Positions 38,875-48,953 of a stretch of DNA of 64,000 nucleotides are shown here, in pieces. Positions within the stretch are counted from its first letter, which is position 1; each line of letters begins with the position of its first letter. The notes beneath the pieces are model-generated. The model searched no databases. It saw nothing but the letters and a program-made list of their open reading frames with translations, and was not told the origin of the DNA. Source of the stretch: Desulfuromonadales bacterium (GTDB lineage: Bacteria > Desulfobacterota > Desulfuromonadia > Desulfuromonadales > SZUA-540); assembly GCA_033549025.1 (NCBI GenBank), contig JAWSUS010000001.1:139685-203684 (forward strand), written 5' to 3'. Both the position numbers and the translations under genes were made by a program.

Positions 38875-39970
38875 TTATTTTTTACTCAAAAGATAGGCTT
38901 CGATAAAGTCGTCTAGTTCCCCATCGAGAATCGCGTCGGTATTGCCCACCTCGTAGCCGGTTCGATGATCCTTGACAAGCCGATAGGGGTGCAGCACATA
39001 AGAGCGGATCTGGCTCCCCCAGCCGATTTCCTTCTTTTCGCCGGCAATGACCGAGGCCTCCTCTTCCTTCTTGCTCACCTCCATCTCATAGAGACGGGCC
39101 TTGAGCTGCTTGAGAGCCACGGCCCGGTTCTTATGCTGGGAGCGTTCGTTCTGGCAGGCCACGACAATACCGGAAGGGATGTGCGTAATGCGGATGGCCG
39201 AATCGGTCTTGTTGACGTGCTGGCCGCCCGCGCCGCTGGCCCGGTAGGTGTCGACCTTCAGATCTTTTTCGTTGATCTCGATCTCGATATCGTCGGAGAG
39301 CTCGGGAAAGACAAAGACCGAACAGAAGGAGGTATGACGACGGGCGTTCGCATCAAAGGGTGAGATGCGCACCAGGCGGTGGATCCCCATTTCGGCCCGC
39401 AGGTAGCCGTAGGCGTATTCCCCCTCGACATTGAAAGTGGCCCCTTTGACCCCGGCTTCATCGCCGGGTTGATAATCGGTGATCTCGGTGCGGAACCCCT
39501 TGCGTTCACAATAACGAAGGTACATGCGCAGCAGCATCTCGGCCCAATCCTGGGCTTCGGTGCCGCCAGCGCCGGCATTGATGCTGACGATGGCGCTGTT
39601 GGCGTCATGCTCGCCGGAAAGCATGCGGGCAAATTCCATCTTGGCGACTTTTTGCTGCAGATCAGGGAGAATCCCCTTGATCTCCTGCAGGGTCGCCTCG
39701 TCCTCCTCGGCTTCGCCAAGCTCGACCAGCACCTGCAGGTCCTCCAGTTCCTGGGCCGCTTCGTCCCAGGCGTCGACCCATTTCTGCAGGGAGGTACGCT
39801 CCTTGAGACGTTCCTGGGCCTGTTCCCCCCGGTTCCAGAAATCGGGATGGGCTATTTCCGCTTCCAGCTCGGCAATACGTTCTTTCTTGGTGTCAACGTC
39901 AAAGATACCTCCTCAGCTCTTCGAGCTTGAGCTTGATCTCTTTGAGTCCCTCTTTTTCATCACGAAACAT
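38875..39970 (-). CDS. prfB: Peptide chain release factor 2, with programmed +1 frameshift (join 39970-39902 and 39900-38875)
   Basis: ATG 39970 gives MFRDEKEGLKEIKLKLEELRRYL ending in CTT TGA C; the +1 frame continues DVDTKKERIAELE... to the SPF and GGQ motifs. Confidence 0.97.
39898..39913 (-). promoter_or_regulatory. prfB autoregulatory frameshift site
   Basis: Minus strand AGGAGG TAT CTT TGA C, the canonical SD-like element plus slippery stop. Confidence 0.95.
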
Positions 39971-40001
39971 GGTAAACCCCTTTTAAAAATTCAGGAGGGG
40001 G

Positions 40002-40030
40002 ATTATAGCGGCTGATGATCATTTCCACAA
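40002..40030 (-). promoter_or_regulatory. Putative sigma70 promoter for prfB
   Basis: Minus strand TTGTGG-N17-TATAAT. Confidence 0.5.
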
Positions 40031-40056
40031 GGTTTCTTTCCCGGTTTCCAGACTGC

Positions 40057-41586
40057 TCAACCGCGCAATCTTCGGCGGGTACGCAAGAGCCAGAAAGTGC
40101 CGAGAATCAGGGCGAGAACGGGACCGACATCGCCGTAGCGGGTGTAGATGGTCGGCGTACTGCCCAGACCGACCTCTGCATTAAGATAGCCCCTTTCGAA
40201 AATCGGGGTCTGCCGGTCGATGACGCCGAGGGGAGAGATTACCGCCGAGATGCCGGTGTTGGCGGCCCGCGCCACCCAGACGCGGTTTTCGATGGCCCGG
40301 AAACGGGTCATGGCGAGGTGCTGATAAGGGGCGGAGGAACGGCCGAACCAGGCGTCGTTGGTAATATTGACCAGCAGGTCGCTGCCTCGGCGGACATAGT
40401 CGCGGGCCAGTTCGGGGAATATCCCCTCAAAGCACACAAGGGTGCCGAGTCGGGCACCGTTCATGGGCAGGGGGCTGATGAGGCCGGGGGAGAAATCGCC
40501 GACGCCCACCACCAGCTTGTCGATGAAAGGCAGGTAGGCGCCAAAGGGGACGTACTCCCCGAAGGGCACAAGATGGACCTTGTCGCTGCGCCCAAGAGTG
40601 TTGCCTTGCGCATCGAGCAGAAAAGCGCTGTTGAGATAGCGGAAAGAGCGATTGACAACCTGATAGGCAGGACTGCCGAAAAGCAGGAAGGCCTCGGTGT
40701 CCACCGGCACCGCCGCGACCTGCCCTGCCAGCTCCTCCCCTTCCTGAAAATAGAAGGGGGTGGCGCTTTCAGGCCAGAGGATCAGGTCAAGGTCGTCCTT
40801 GGCTGCCGCCTGCCGGGACAGCTGGCCGTACAGGGCCACCGTTTCAGCCTGATAGGCCGGGTCCCACTTGAGAGACTGGTCAATGTTCCCCTGAATCAGC
40901 CCGACACGCAACACCTTCTCGGGCGGGCGGTCAAAGGTTTGCAGGCGAAAATAGCCGTACCCCAAATTCAGACCCAGCAGCAGGAAAAAGACGCCCCACG
41001 CCCGCCAGGGCAGCGCAGGAATGAGGCCGATGCCCCGACGGCGCAAGGTCTGCGCCAGCACGGCATTGCTCAAAACAAGCAGAAAGCTGAGTCCATAGAG
41101 CCCGAAAAGATCCGCCGACTGCAGGACAAGCAGATGGTTCTGGGAATAACCGAGGGAGGCCCAGGGGAAACCGGAGAGCATAAAAGAGCGGGCAAATTCC
41201 AGCGCCACCCACAGCACAGGCAGGGTCAGGGTAATCGACAAGTTGCTCTTTTCACGCAGGCGGCAGGCCGCCCAGGTGACGGTCGCAAAAAAAAGGGACA
41301 GGTAGGCGACGAGCAGCAGATAGGCGACCAGGGAAAAAACAGGAGCCAGCCTTCCGTAGGTCGTCATGACGATATTGAGCCAGTAGAGCACCACCCCAAA
41401 AAAGGCCATCCCTGCGGCAAAACCACTGCGGAAGGGCCTTTTGTCCATGACCAGAAAGAGCGGCACCAAAGCCACCCAGGCGAGCAGAGACAGGGAGGGG
41501 CGGGGAAAAGACAAAGCCAGCAGACCACCGGAAAGCGCCGAAATGGCCGTCACCCGATCGGGCAACAGGTGCCTCATCCTGCTCAT
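40057..41586 (-). CDS. lnt: Apolipoprotein N-acyltransferase
   Basis: GFPWASLGYSQ, IQGNIDQ, WPESA, KVHLVPFGEYVP, VCFE, TNDAWFG and RAANTGIS motifs. Confidence 0.96.
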   Translation of the reverse strand: MSRMRHLLPDRVTAISALSGGLLALSFPRPSLSLLAWVALVPLFLVMDKRPFRSGFAAGMAFFGVVLYWLNIVMTTYGRLAPVFSLVAYLLLVAYLSLFFATVTWAACRLREKSNLSITLTLPVLWVALEFARSFMLSGFPWASLGYSQNHLLVLQSADLFGLYGLSFLLVLSNAVLAQTLRRRGIGLIPALPWRAWGVFFLLLGLNLGYGYFRLQTFDRPPEKVLRVGLIQGNIDQSLKWDPAYQAETVALYGQLSRQAAAKDDLDLILWPESATPFYFQEGEELAGQVAAVPVDTEAFLLFGSPAYQVVNRSFRYLNSAFLLDAQGNTLGRSDKVHLVPFGEYVPFGAYLPFIDKLVVGVGDFSPGLISPLPMNGARLGTLVCFEGIFPELARDYVRRGSDLLVNITNDAWFGRSSAPYQHLAMTRFRAIENRVWVARAANTGISAVISPLGVIDRQTPIFERGYLNAEVGLGSTPTIYTRYGDVGPVLALILGTFWLLRTRRRLRG

Positions 41587-42470
41587 TCGCCGCTTTCCTG
41601 CAAAAACTCGGGAGACTCCCGGTGAACGCGTACCTTGCCGATCTTGCGCGAATCGCACTCGACCACCGTCATGTGCAGATCGCCGTCCCGCAACGCCTCC
41701 CCGCGCACCGGGATACGCCCAAGCAGATTGAAGACATAGCCGCCGACAGTATCGAACTTGTCCCGGGCTATCTCGATATCGAAATGCTCTTCGATTTCCT
41801 CTATATTCAGGCGGCCGTCAACGAGGACTGTCGACTCATCCTCTTCGACCAGCCATTCCTCTTCCAGGTCATACTCGTCCTGGATGTCTCCGACGATCTC
41901 TTCCAGCAGGTCTTCGATGGTAATCAGTCCGGAGGTCCCGCCATATTCATCGATGGCGATGGCAATATGGACACGCCGCGAGCGGAAATCCTGCAGCAGA
42001 TCTTCAATGTTTTTGGTTTCCGGCACGAAAAAGGGTGTGCGCATGACCTGCGCAATGTCGAGATCTTCGCTGCTACGACCCCAAAAACGTAAAAGGTCTT
42101 TGGCGTAGACCATGCCGACGATGCGATCGTTGCTCCCTTCGTAGATGGGAATACGCGAATGCCCTGAGGAAATGATGGCCTCCAGCAATTCATCGAGGCT
42201 GGCCGTCAGGCTGCAACAGACCATATCGGTGCGCGGCACCATGACCTCACGCACAATGGTGTCGCCAAACTCGAAGATGGAGTGGAGCATGTCCCCCTCC
42301 CCTTCGTTGATCAGCCCTTCTTCTTCGGACTGTTCGATAATATCCTGCAAGTCTTTTTCGGTCATGGGCCGCCGGCGACCGAACAGCAGGCCGCGAAGGC
42401 CTGTCATCCACGAGGGCGGTTTGTCATGGGGACTGTCATCGTCCACGGAAATTCTCCTTGAATCTGTCAT
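41583..42470 (-). CDS. corC: CBS/CorC-HlyC domain protein (YbeX/CorC-like)
   Basis: VREVMVPRTDM, GHSRIPIY, DEYGGTSGLITIEDLLEEIVGDIQDEYD and DTVGG motifs. Confidence 0.88.
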   Translation of the reverse strand: MTDSRRISVDDDSPHDKPPSWMTGLRGLLFGRRRPMTEKDLQDIIEQSEEEGLINEGEGDMLHSIFEFGDTIVREVMVPRTDMVCCSLTASLDELLEAIISSGHSRIPIYEGSNDRIVGMVYAKDLLRFWGRSSEDLDIAQVMRTPFFVPETKNIEDLLQDFRSRRVHIAIAIDEYGGTSGLITIEDLLEEIVGDIQDEYDLEEEWLVEEDESTVLVDGRLNIEEIEEHFDIEIARDKFDTVGGYVFNLLGRIPVRGEALRDGDLHMTVVECDSRKIGKVRVHRESPEFLQESGE

Positions 42471-42491
42471 GTTATGACCGCCTGCGGGCGG

Positions 42492-43190
42492 TCAGGAAAA
42501 AAGCCAAAACAGCAGCCAGGTTACACCAGCCCCCAACAGGGCACCGGCCACCACCTCGCGCAGCGTGTGAATTTTAAGGAGAAGACGGCTCTGGCTGACC
42601 ATGATCGCCAACCCCAAGGTCAGCAGGGCAATCACCGGACCGACCTGGGCCAGCACGATGGAGGTGGCAATGGAAAAGGAGATCGCGGCATGCCCGCTGG
42701 GCATGCCGCCGTGCAGGGGCGTTCCTTTGCCCAGAACAGCCTTGAGCAGAACCACCAGAATGGTGACCACCAGCACGGACACCACGGCCAGCTCTCCCGG
42801 AGGGTGTCCGAGCAGGCTCAGCCCCTGCCCCAGTATCGGGAAGAAGTAATGGGACAAGGCCAGATACCCCATGACCACCGCCCCGATACTGGCAATGAGC
42901 ACGGCGCCGGCGGCGACGTCCTTGACCCGGCCGGCCAGGGGATGATATTCGGGCGAGACGAGATCGACGAAAACTTCCAGGGCCGTATTGATCATTTCGG
43001 CGAAGAGCACCAGGGTGACGGCAAAGGCGAGCAGAATGAACTCAAGGGCCGTCACTTGAAAAAACAGGGCCAAAAAGAGCAGTACTAGCGCCGCGACAAA
43101 GTGATAGCGCATGTGCCGCTGGGAGCGGGCCGCCCAGATAATCCCTTCGATTGCGCAGTTGACGCTCTGAATCCACCCGGAAGGTTTCAT
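42492..43190 (-). CDS. dgkA: Diacylglycerol/undecaprenol kinase (DgkA family) fused to a PAP2-like domain
   Basis: EMINTALE and VKDVAAGAV (DgkA), then GGMPSGHAA and SR...H (PAP2). Confidence 0.85.
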   Translation of the reverse strand: MKPSGWIQSVNCAIEGIIWAARSQRHMRYHFVAALVLLFLALFFQVTALEFILLAFAVTLVLFAEMINTALEVFVDLVSPEYHPLAGRVKDVAAGAVLIASIGAVVMGYLALSHYFFPILGQGLSLLGHPPGELAVVSVLVVTILVVLLKAVLGKGTPLHGGMPSGHAAISFSIATSIVLAQVGPVIALLTLGLAIMVSQSRLLLKIHTLREVVAGALLGAGVTWLLFWLFS

Positions 43191-43215
43191 CCCCTCTTTC
43201 AAACTGGCCCCCGCC

Positions 43216-43671
43216 TCACGCCGCCAGGAACTCTTCCCGGATGACGTCGAATATTTCCCGTTCTTTTGCTTCCATAAGTCTGGCCTGTTCCTCGGTGCCA
43301 CGCTCGTGATCGTAGCCGAGCAGATGCAGAATCCCATGGATCAGGAGGAAATACAACTCGCTCTCAAAACTCACGCCGGCCTCGGCGGCATCGCGGGCGG
43401 CCGTGTCGGCAGAGATGAGGACGTCGCCGAGCAACAGGGGATTCAGCCCGGCGCCCTCCCCCTCCTGCATGGCAAAAGAGATCACGTTGGTGGGGCGGTC
43501 CTTGTGCAGGTAATCGCGGTTGACCTCGCGGATCTCTTCATCCGAGAGAATGACGACGGAGAGTTCGGCGTCAGGACATCCCGAGACGCTTAAGATCTTC
43601 CGAGCCACCTTTCGCAGGTCCAGCTTCCTTATCTTTTGCCTCTTTTGGCGGTTCTCGATCTGAATCTTCAA
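43216..43671 (-). CDS. ybeY: rRNA maturation RNase YbeY
   Basis: PTNVISF, LLGDVLIS and HGILHLLGYDH motifs; TTG start. Confidence 0.95.
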   Translation of the reverse strand: MKIQIENRQKRQKIRKLDLRKVARKILSVSGCPDAELSVVILSDEEIREVNRDYLHKDRPTNVISFAMQEGEGAGLNPLLLGDVLISADTAARDAAEAGVSFESELYFLLIHGILHLLGYDHERGTEEQARLMEAKEREIFDVIREEFLAA

Positions 43672-45946
43672 CGTTCTTCCTTTTGCTCGGATCTTTATCC
43701 CTCTCCTTAAACGCAGGCTCGGGATAGTCGATGCGATGGTGAAAAATGCCAGACAGTATGCGGTTGAAGCTCTTGGCGATGTTGTGGAGGTCTTTAAGGG
43801 TCAGCTCGCATTCGTCCAGCTGGCCGTCGATAAAAATGTTGTTGATAATCTTCTGCACCATCCCCTGAATGCGGGCCGGCGTCGGATCGGTCAGAGTGCG
43901 GCTGGCCGCCTCCACCGCGTCCGCCAGCATGATCAGGGCCGCTTCCCTCGTCTGCGGTTTGGGCCCGGGATAGCGGTATTCGCGCTCGTCCACCTGCTGC
44001 ACACCGGGGTCTTCCTTGCTCTTGGCCTTGTCATAGAAAAACTTGATAAGGGCGGTGCCGTGATGCTGGCGGATGATATCTACCAACGGATCACCCAATT
44101 TGATTTCGCGGGCCAGCTCGACACCGTCCTTGACATGGGCCATAAGGATCAGGGCACTCATGGAAGGAGCCAGCTTGTCATGCTTGTTCTCCAGGTTGCC
44201 GATATTTTCCACGAAGTAGAGCGGTTTGCGGATCTTGCCGATGTCATGGTAATAGGCGGCCACTCGGGCCAGCAGGGGATTGGCGTTGATGGCCTCGGCG
44301 GCAGCCTCCACCAGGTTGCCGACAATAATAGAGTGGTGGTAGGTTCCCGGCGCCTGAATCATCAGCTCCCGAAGGACCGGCGTATTCATGTTAGCCAGTT
44401 CCAGCAGCTTGATATCGGTCGTATATTTAAAAAGGTGCTCCACCAGCGGCACGGTGCCCGTCACGATCACCGCGCAGAAAAAGCCGCCGGCCAGGCCGAA
44501 ACCGAGTTTGTAGAGAAGCTGGATATCCATGGCCCGGCCCGCCATAAAATGCAGGGCCAGAATCATCAGGACATTGGCGATGGAGACCCACATACCGGCC
44601 CGATAGAGGGTCGTACGCTGCTTGCACTGGCGCACCCAGTGAGCGCCGGTAAGGCTGCCGACCAGGGTGTACAGGGTAATAAAGAGGCTGTTACCGAAGA
44701 GCAGGCCCATCAACACGGAAAAGACCAGCGTGAAAATCAAGGCGATTTCCGAGTTGAGAACGATGCGGACCAGAATGGCGCCGACGGCAAAAGGAAAGAC
44801 ATAGTAGTAGGTTGGCGACTCGATGTACGGAAAGGCCGTTTCGAGAGCGGTGGAAATAAAGATGGCGATCTTGATCAGGAGAAAAAGGCCCAGAAAAGCC
44901 GCCGTGAGAAAGAGAAAATCCCGTGTTCTGGGGCGGTATTTACGGATGTTGACCTGGGCGAAGCTGTGGGCGGCCACGATGAGCAGGGCGATCCCCCCCA
45001 ACATGCCGAGTCCCATGCGAAAAACGTTCAGATCTCCCCCAAGTTCACGCAGTGCTCGAAGTTTCTTGATCTGGTCGCTGGTAACCTTCTCTCCCTCGCG
45101 CACAATCATCTCGCCCTTTTTCATCTGAAAAAGAACGGGTTTGACCTCCTCGGCGGCCTTGCGTTTTATCGCCTCGGTCTCACTCTTGTTGAAGGTGAGG
45201 TTGGGACGCAGCAGTTTCTGAATAACGGCGAAAACCAGGGTTCGGTCTTCTTCCGACACACCCTCAAGGGTTTTGAGCTTGGAGCGCGCGAAATCCTGAG
45301 CCTCTCCCAACCCGATCACCTGATCGAGATTTTTCCCGGGCGCTTCCTTCTGAGTCTCCAGGTCGCGAATGACAATCCCCTTCTCCCGGTCCGCTTCAAA
45401 GAGCTGCAGATTACCGACGACCTGACGGTTCAGGGTCTGAATAAGGATGTTGCGCAGGGGAACCTGGTACACCTCCAAGGGAGAAAGGCGCCCCAGGGCG
45501 CGCACTTCATCGGCGGTCAGACTAACACCGACCAGCCCTTCGACCTCCTTGAGCAGGCTCTCGAATTCGCCCTCTTTGCCTTTGGCGCCCTGAATGGCCT
45601 TCAAGGCCTGCAAAAGGCGATCAAAAATCTCCTGGCCGGCCTTTGGGTCAAAGTCGTACAGAGCCAGGGTGGCATCATGGGCTTCCTGGCGCTTTTTCTC
45701 GGTCAACTCCAGGTCGGGGATCAGCATGTCCCGGGGCGCTTTGATATCCCGCGAAGCGATATCTCCCGGCGCATAGTAATCGGGGACGAATCCTCCCTTG
45801 GGAATAATGACCACGGTTAGCAATACGGCCAGCGTAAAGAGAAGCAGCAGACGAACATAGCGCTCCTCCAAGGAAAACCGGAATCCTGTAGTCAGCCCCT
45901 TCGCCTTTCGGGGGGTCGACTCGTTTTTACGTTCGTTTTTAGTCAT
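43571..45946 (-). CDS. 7TM-HD phosphohydrolase (PgpH-like, putative c-di-AMP phosphodiesterase)
   Basis: N-terminal TM helix, large periplasmic domain, TM bundle, then APGTYHHS, YYHDIGK, QHHGT and MLADAVEAA. Confidence 0.88.
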   Translation of the reverse strand: MTKNERKNESTPRKAKGLTTGFRFSLEERYVRLLLLFTLAVLLTVVIIPKGGFVPDYYAPGDIASRDIKAPRDMLIPDLELTEKKRQEAHDATLALYDFDPKAGQEIFDRLLQALKAIQGAKGKEGEFESLLKEVEGLVGVSLTADEVRALGRLSPLEVYQVPLRNILIQTLNRQVVGNLQLFEADREKGIVIRDLETQKEAPGKNLDQVIGLGEAQDFARSKLKTLEGVSEEDRTLVFAVIQKLLRPNLTFNKSETEAIKRKAAEEVKPVLFQMKKGEMIVREGEKVTSDQIKKLRALRELGGDLNVFRMGLGMLGGIALLIVAAHSFAQVNIRKYRPRTRDFLFLTAAFLGLFLLIKIAIFISTALETAFPYIESPTYYYVFPFAVGAILVRIVLNSEIALIFTLVFSVLMGLLFGNSLFITLYTLVGSLTGAHWVRQCKQRTTLYRAGMWVSIANVLMILALHFMAGRAMDIQLLYKLGFGLAGGFFCAVIVTGTVPLVEHLFKYTTDIKLLELANMNTPVLRELMIQAPGTYHHSIIVGNLVEAAAEAINANPLLARVAAYYHDIGKIRKPLYFVENIGNLENKHDKLAPSMSALILMAHVKDGVELAREIKLGDPLVDIIRQHHGTALIKFFYDKAKSKEDPGVQQVDEREYRYPGPKPQTREAALIMLADAVEAASRTLTDPTPARIQGMVQKIINNIFIDGQLDECELTLKDLHNIAKSFNRILSGIFHHRIDYPEPAFKERDKDPSKRKNVEDSDREPPKEAKDKEAGPAKGGSEDLKRLGMS

Positions 45947-45958
45947 AGAAAGATTGAA

Positions 45959-46975
45959 TCAGTCCTTTTCCGCGACACGTTGAGAAACGGCATCCCCGGT
46001 GGCCCGATCATAGGCCTGCACGATACTCTGCACGATGGGATGACGAACGACATCACGGTCTGAAAAATACTGCAGGAAGATACCGTCGATCCCCTGCAGA
46101 AAATCGGCAGCCTGCACCAGCCCCGAAAGACGCCCGGCGGGAAGATCGATCTGCGTTTTGTCGCCGGTGACCACCGCACGGCTGCCGAAACCCAGGCGGG
46201 TCAGAAACATTTTCATCTGTTCGGTGGTCGTGTTCTGGGCTTCATCCAGAATAACGAAGGCGTCATTGAGAGTTCTTCCCCGCATGAAAGCCAACGGCGC
46301 TACCTCGACAATCCCTTGCGCGATGAGCTCCTGCCCCTTGTCGATGCCCATCATATCGAAGAGGGCGTCGTAAAGGGGGCGCAGGTAGGGATTCACTTTT
46401 TCGGCCAGATCGCCCGGCAAAAACCCGAGCTTCTCACCGGCTTCCACGGCCGGGCGAACGAGCACGATGCGGCTGACTTCCTTCTTGAGCAGAAAGGAGA
46501 CCGCCATGGCCATGGCCAGATAGGTCTTTCCCGTGCCGGCCGGACCGATGCCGAAAACGATATCATTGGTCCGAATGGCGTCGATATACTGCTTCTGCGC
46601 CAGGCTCTTGGGGGAGATGATCTTTTTACGGGCGGAAACGAAAATGGTATCCAGGAAGATGGACTTCAAGGAAGCCTTGGAGTCACTGCTGAGGATACGG
46701 ACAGCGTAATCGATGTCCGTAGAGTACAGAGGATAGTCCTCCTGCAGCAGGGCATGCAGTTCCGCCATCAACCGGACAGCGAGGTCGACCTGAGACCCCT
46801 CCCCCTCGATGGTGAGCTCCAGCCCCCGGGAGCCGATACGGACCCCCAGAGAACGCTCTACCTGCTTCAGATTCTTATTCTGTTGACCGAACAAGAGGTT
46901 CGCCAAGCGCTGATCCTCAGCGACGAACCTCTTTCGCATGTTGCTCTTATCCAAAAAATGTCCCTTTGCTGGCAC
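45959..46975 (-). CDS. phoH: PhoH-family ATPase (YbeZ-like)
   Basis: GPAGTGKTYLA, RPAVEAGEKLGFLPG, MRGRTL and DEAQN motifs; start 46975 or 46939. Confidence 0.93.
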   Translation of the reverse strand: MPAKGHFLDKSNMRKRFVAEDQRLANLLFGQQNKNLKQVERSLGVRIGSRGLELTIEGEGSQVDLAVRLMAELHALLQEDYPLYSTDIDYAVRILSSDSKASLKSIFLDTIFVSARKKIISPKSLAQKQYIDAIRTNDIVFGIGPAGTGKTYLAMAMAVSFLLKKEVSRIVLVRPAVEAGEKLGFLPGDLAEKVNPYLRPLYDALFDMMGIDKGQELIAQGIVEVAPLAFMRGRTLNDAFVILDEAQNTTTEQMKMFLTRLGFGSRAVVTGDKTQIDLPAGRLSGLVQAADFLQGIDGIFLQYFSDRDVVRHPIVQSIVQAYDRATGDAVSQRVAEKD

Positions 46976-47136
46976 ATATATTCGAACGCGCAGAATATCA
47001 CCGGGTCAAAATAAAATCAAATCATTTCAGCAAACCCGACTGGTGCCGCGCTGGTGGAAAAAGGGGTTTCAAATTAACTCCATTGTGCTATATAAAGACC
47101 CTGTCGCCGGCACGCCGGCCCATCTCATTCTTTTGA

Positions 47137-48444
<1,308 letters not shown>

Positions 48445-48461
48445 TTGAAAGATCGTTAGAA

Positions 48462-48505
48462 AAACAGAAAGGGCCCGCGGCATGATGCGCGGGCCCTTTC
48501 TGTTT
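48462..48505. terminator. Bidirectional rho-independent terminator
   Basis: aaacagaaagggcccgcg...cgcgggccctttctgttt between convergent genes. Confidence 0.88.
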
Positions 48506-48528
48506 GGGTTCTGAACCACGCTCTATTT

Positions 48529-48909
48529 TCAGGGCACAAAGAGCCGGTAGGTGCTCCCTTCCTTTTCCCGCCGCAGCAGGCCGCCGCGAGCCATCTCCAG
48601 CAGAATCCCCTGCATGGTCTTGCGATCCTGCTCGGGAAAGTAGCCATAAAGCTCCGTCTGGAGCATCCCCTGGCGCCCGGCCAGGCACTGGAGGATTCGG
48701 GTTTCCATGGAGAGGCCCTCCTCGGTCTCGACATGGAGAGGCGCCGGTTCCGGTTCGGCCTGGACATCCGGTGGACGCTTCTCCTGGCCAGGTTCGGTGA
48801 CAGACCCCACCTCCTGGCGAATCTCCCGCTCGATTTCCTTGAGTTTTTTGACACCCAGATAGCCCGCCGCAGCCGCACCGGCCAGAAACACCATAAATCC
48901 CAACCCCAT
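48529..48909 (-). CDS. Hypothetical membrane-anchored protein with possible C-terminal winged helix
   Basis: GGGAGG RBS; hydrophobic N-terminus, acidic/Pro linker, C-terminal RILQCLA..QGMLQTELY...LLRREKEGSTYRL. Confidence 0.7.
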   Translation of the reverse strand: MGLGFMVFLAGAAAAGYLGVKKLKEIEREIRQEVGSVTEPGQEKRPPDVQAEPEPAPLHVETEEGLSMETRILQCLAGRQGMLQTELYGYFPEQDRKTMQGILLEMARGGLLRREKEGSTYRLFVP

Positions 48910-48953
48910 GAGCTCGCCTCCCTTCAGGATAAAGTCTCGTCTTTGCGTCGATT

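Noticed and set aside
38875..39970. prfB as a frameshifted pseudogene
   Set aside because: It has the canonical programmed +1 frameshift signal.
43736..45820. Long plus-strand ORFs (694 aa here; also 37226-38896, 40015-41625 and 57865-59556)
   Set aside because: They are antisense shadows of well-supported genes, expected from GC-rich codon bias; no recognisable motifs.
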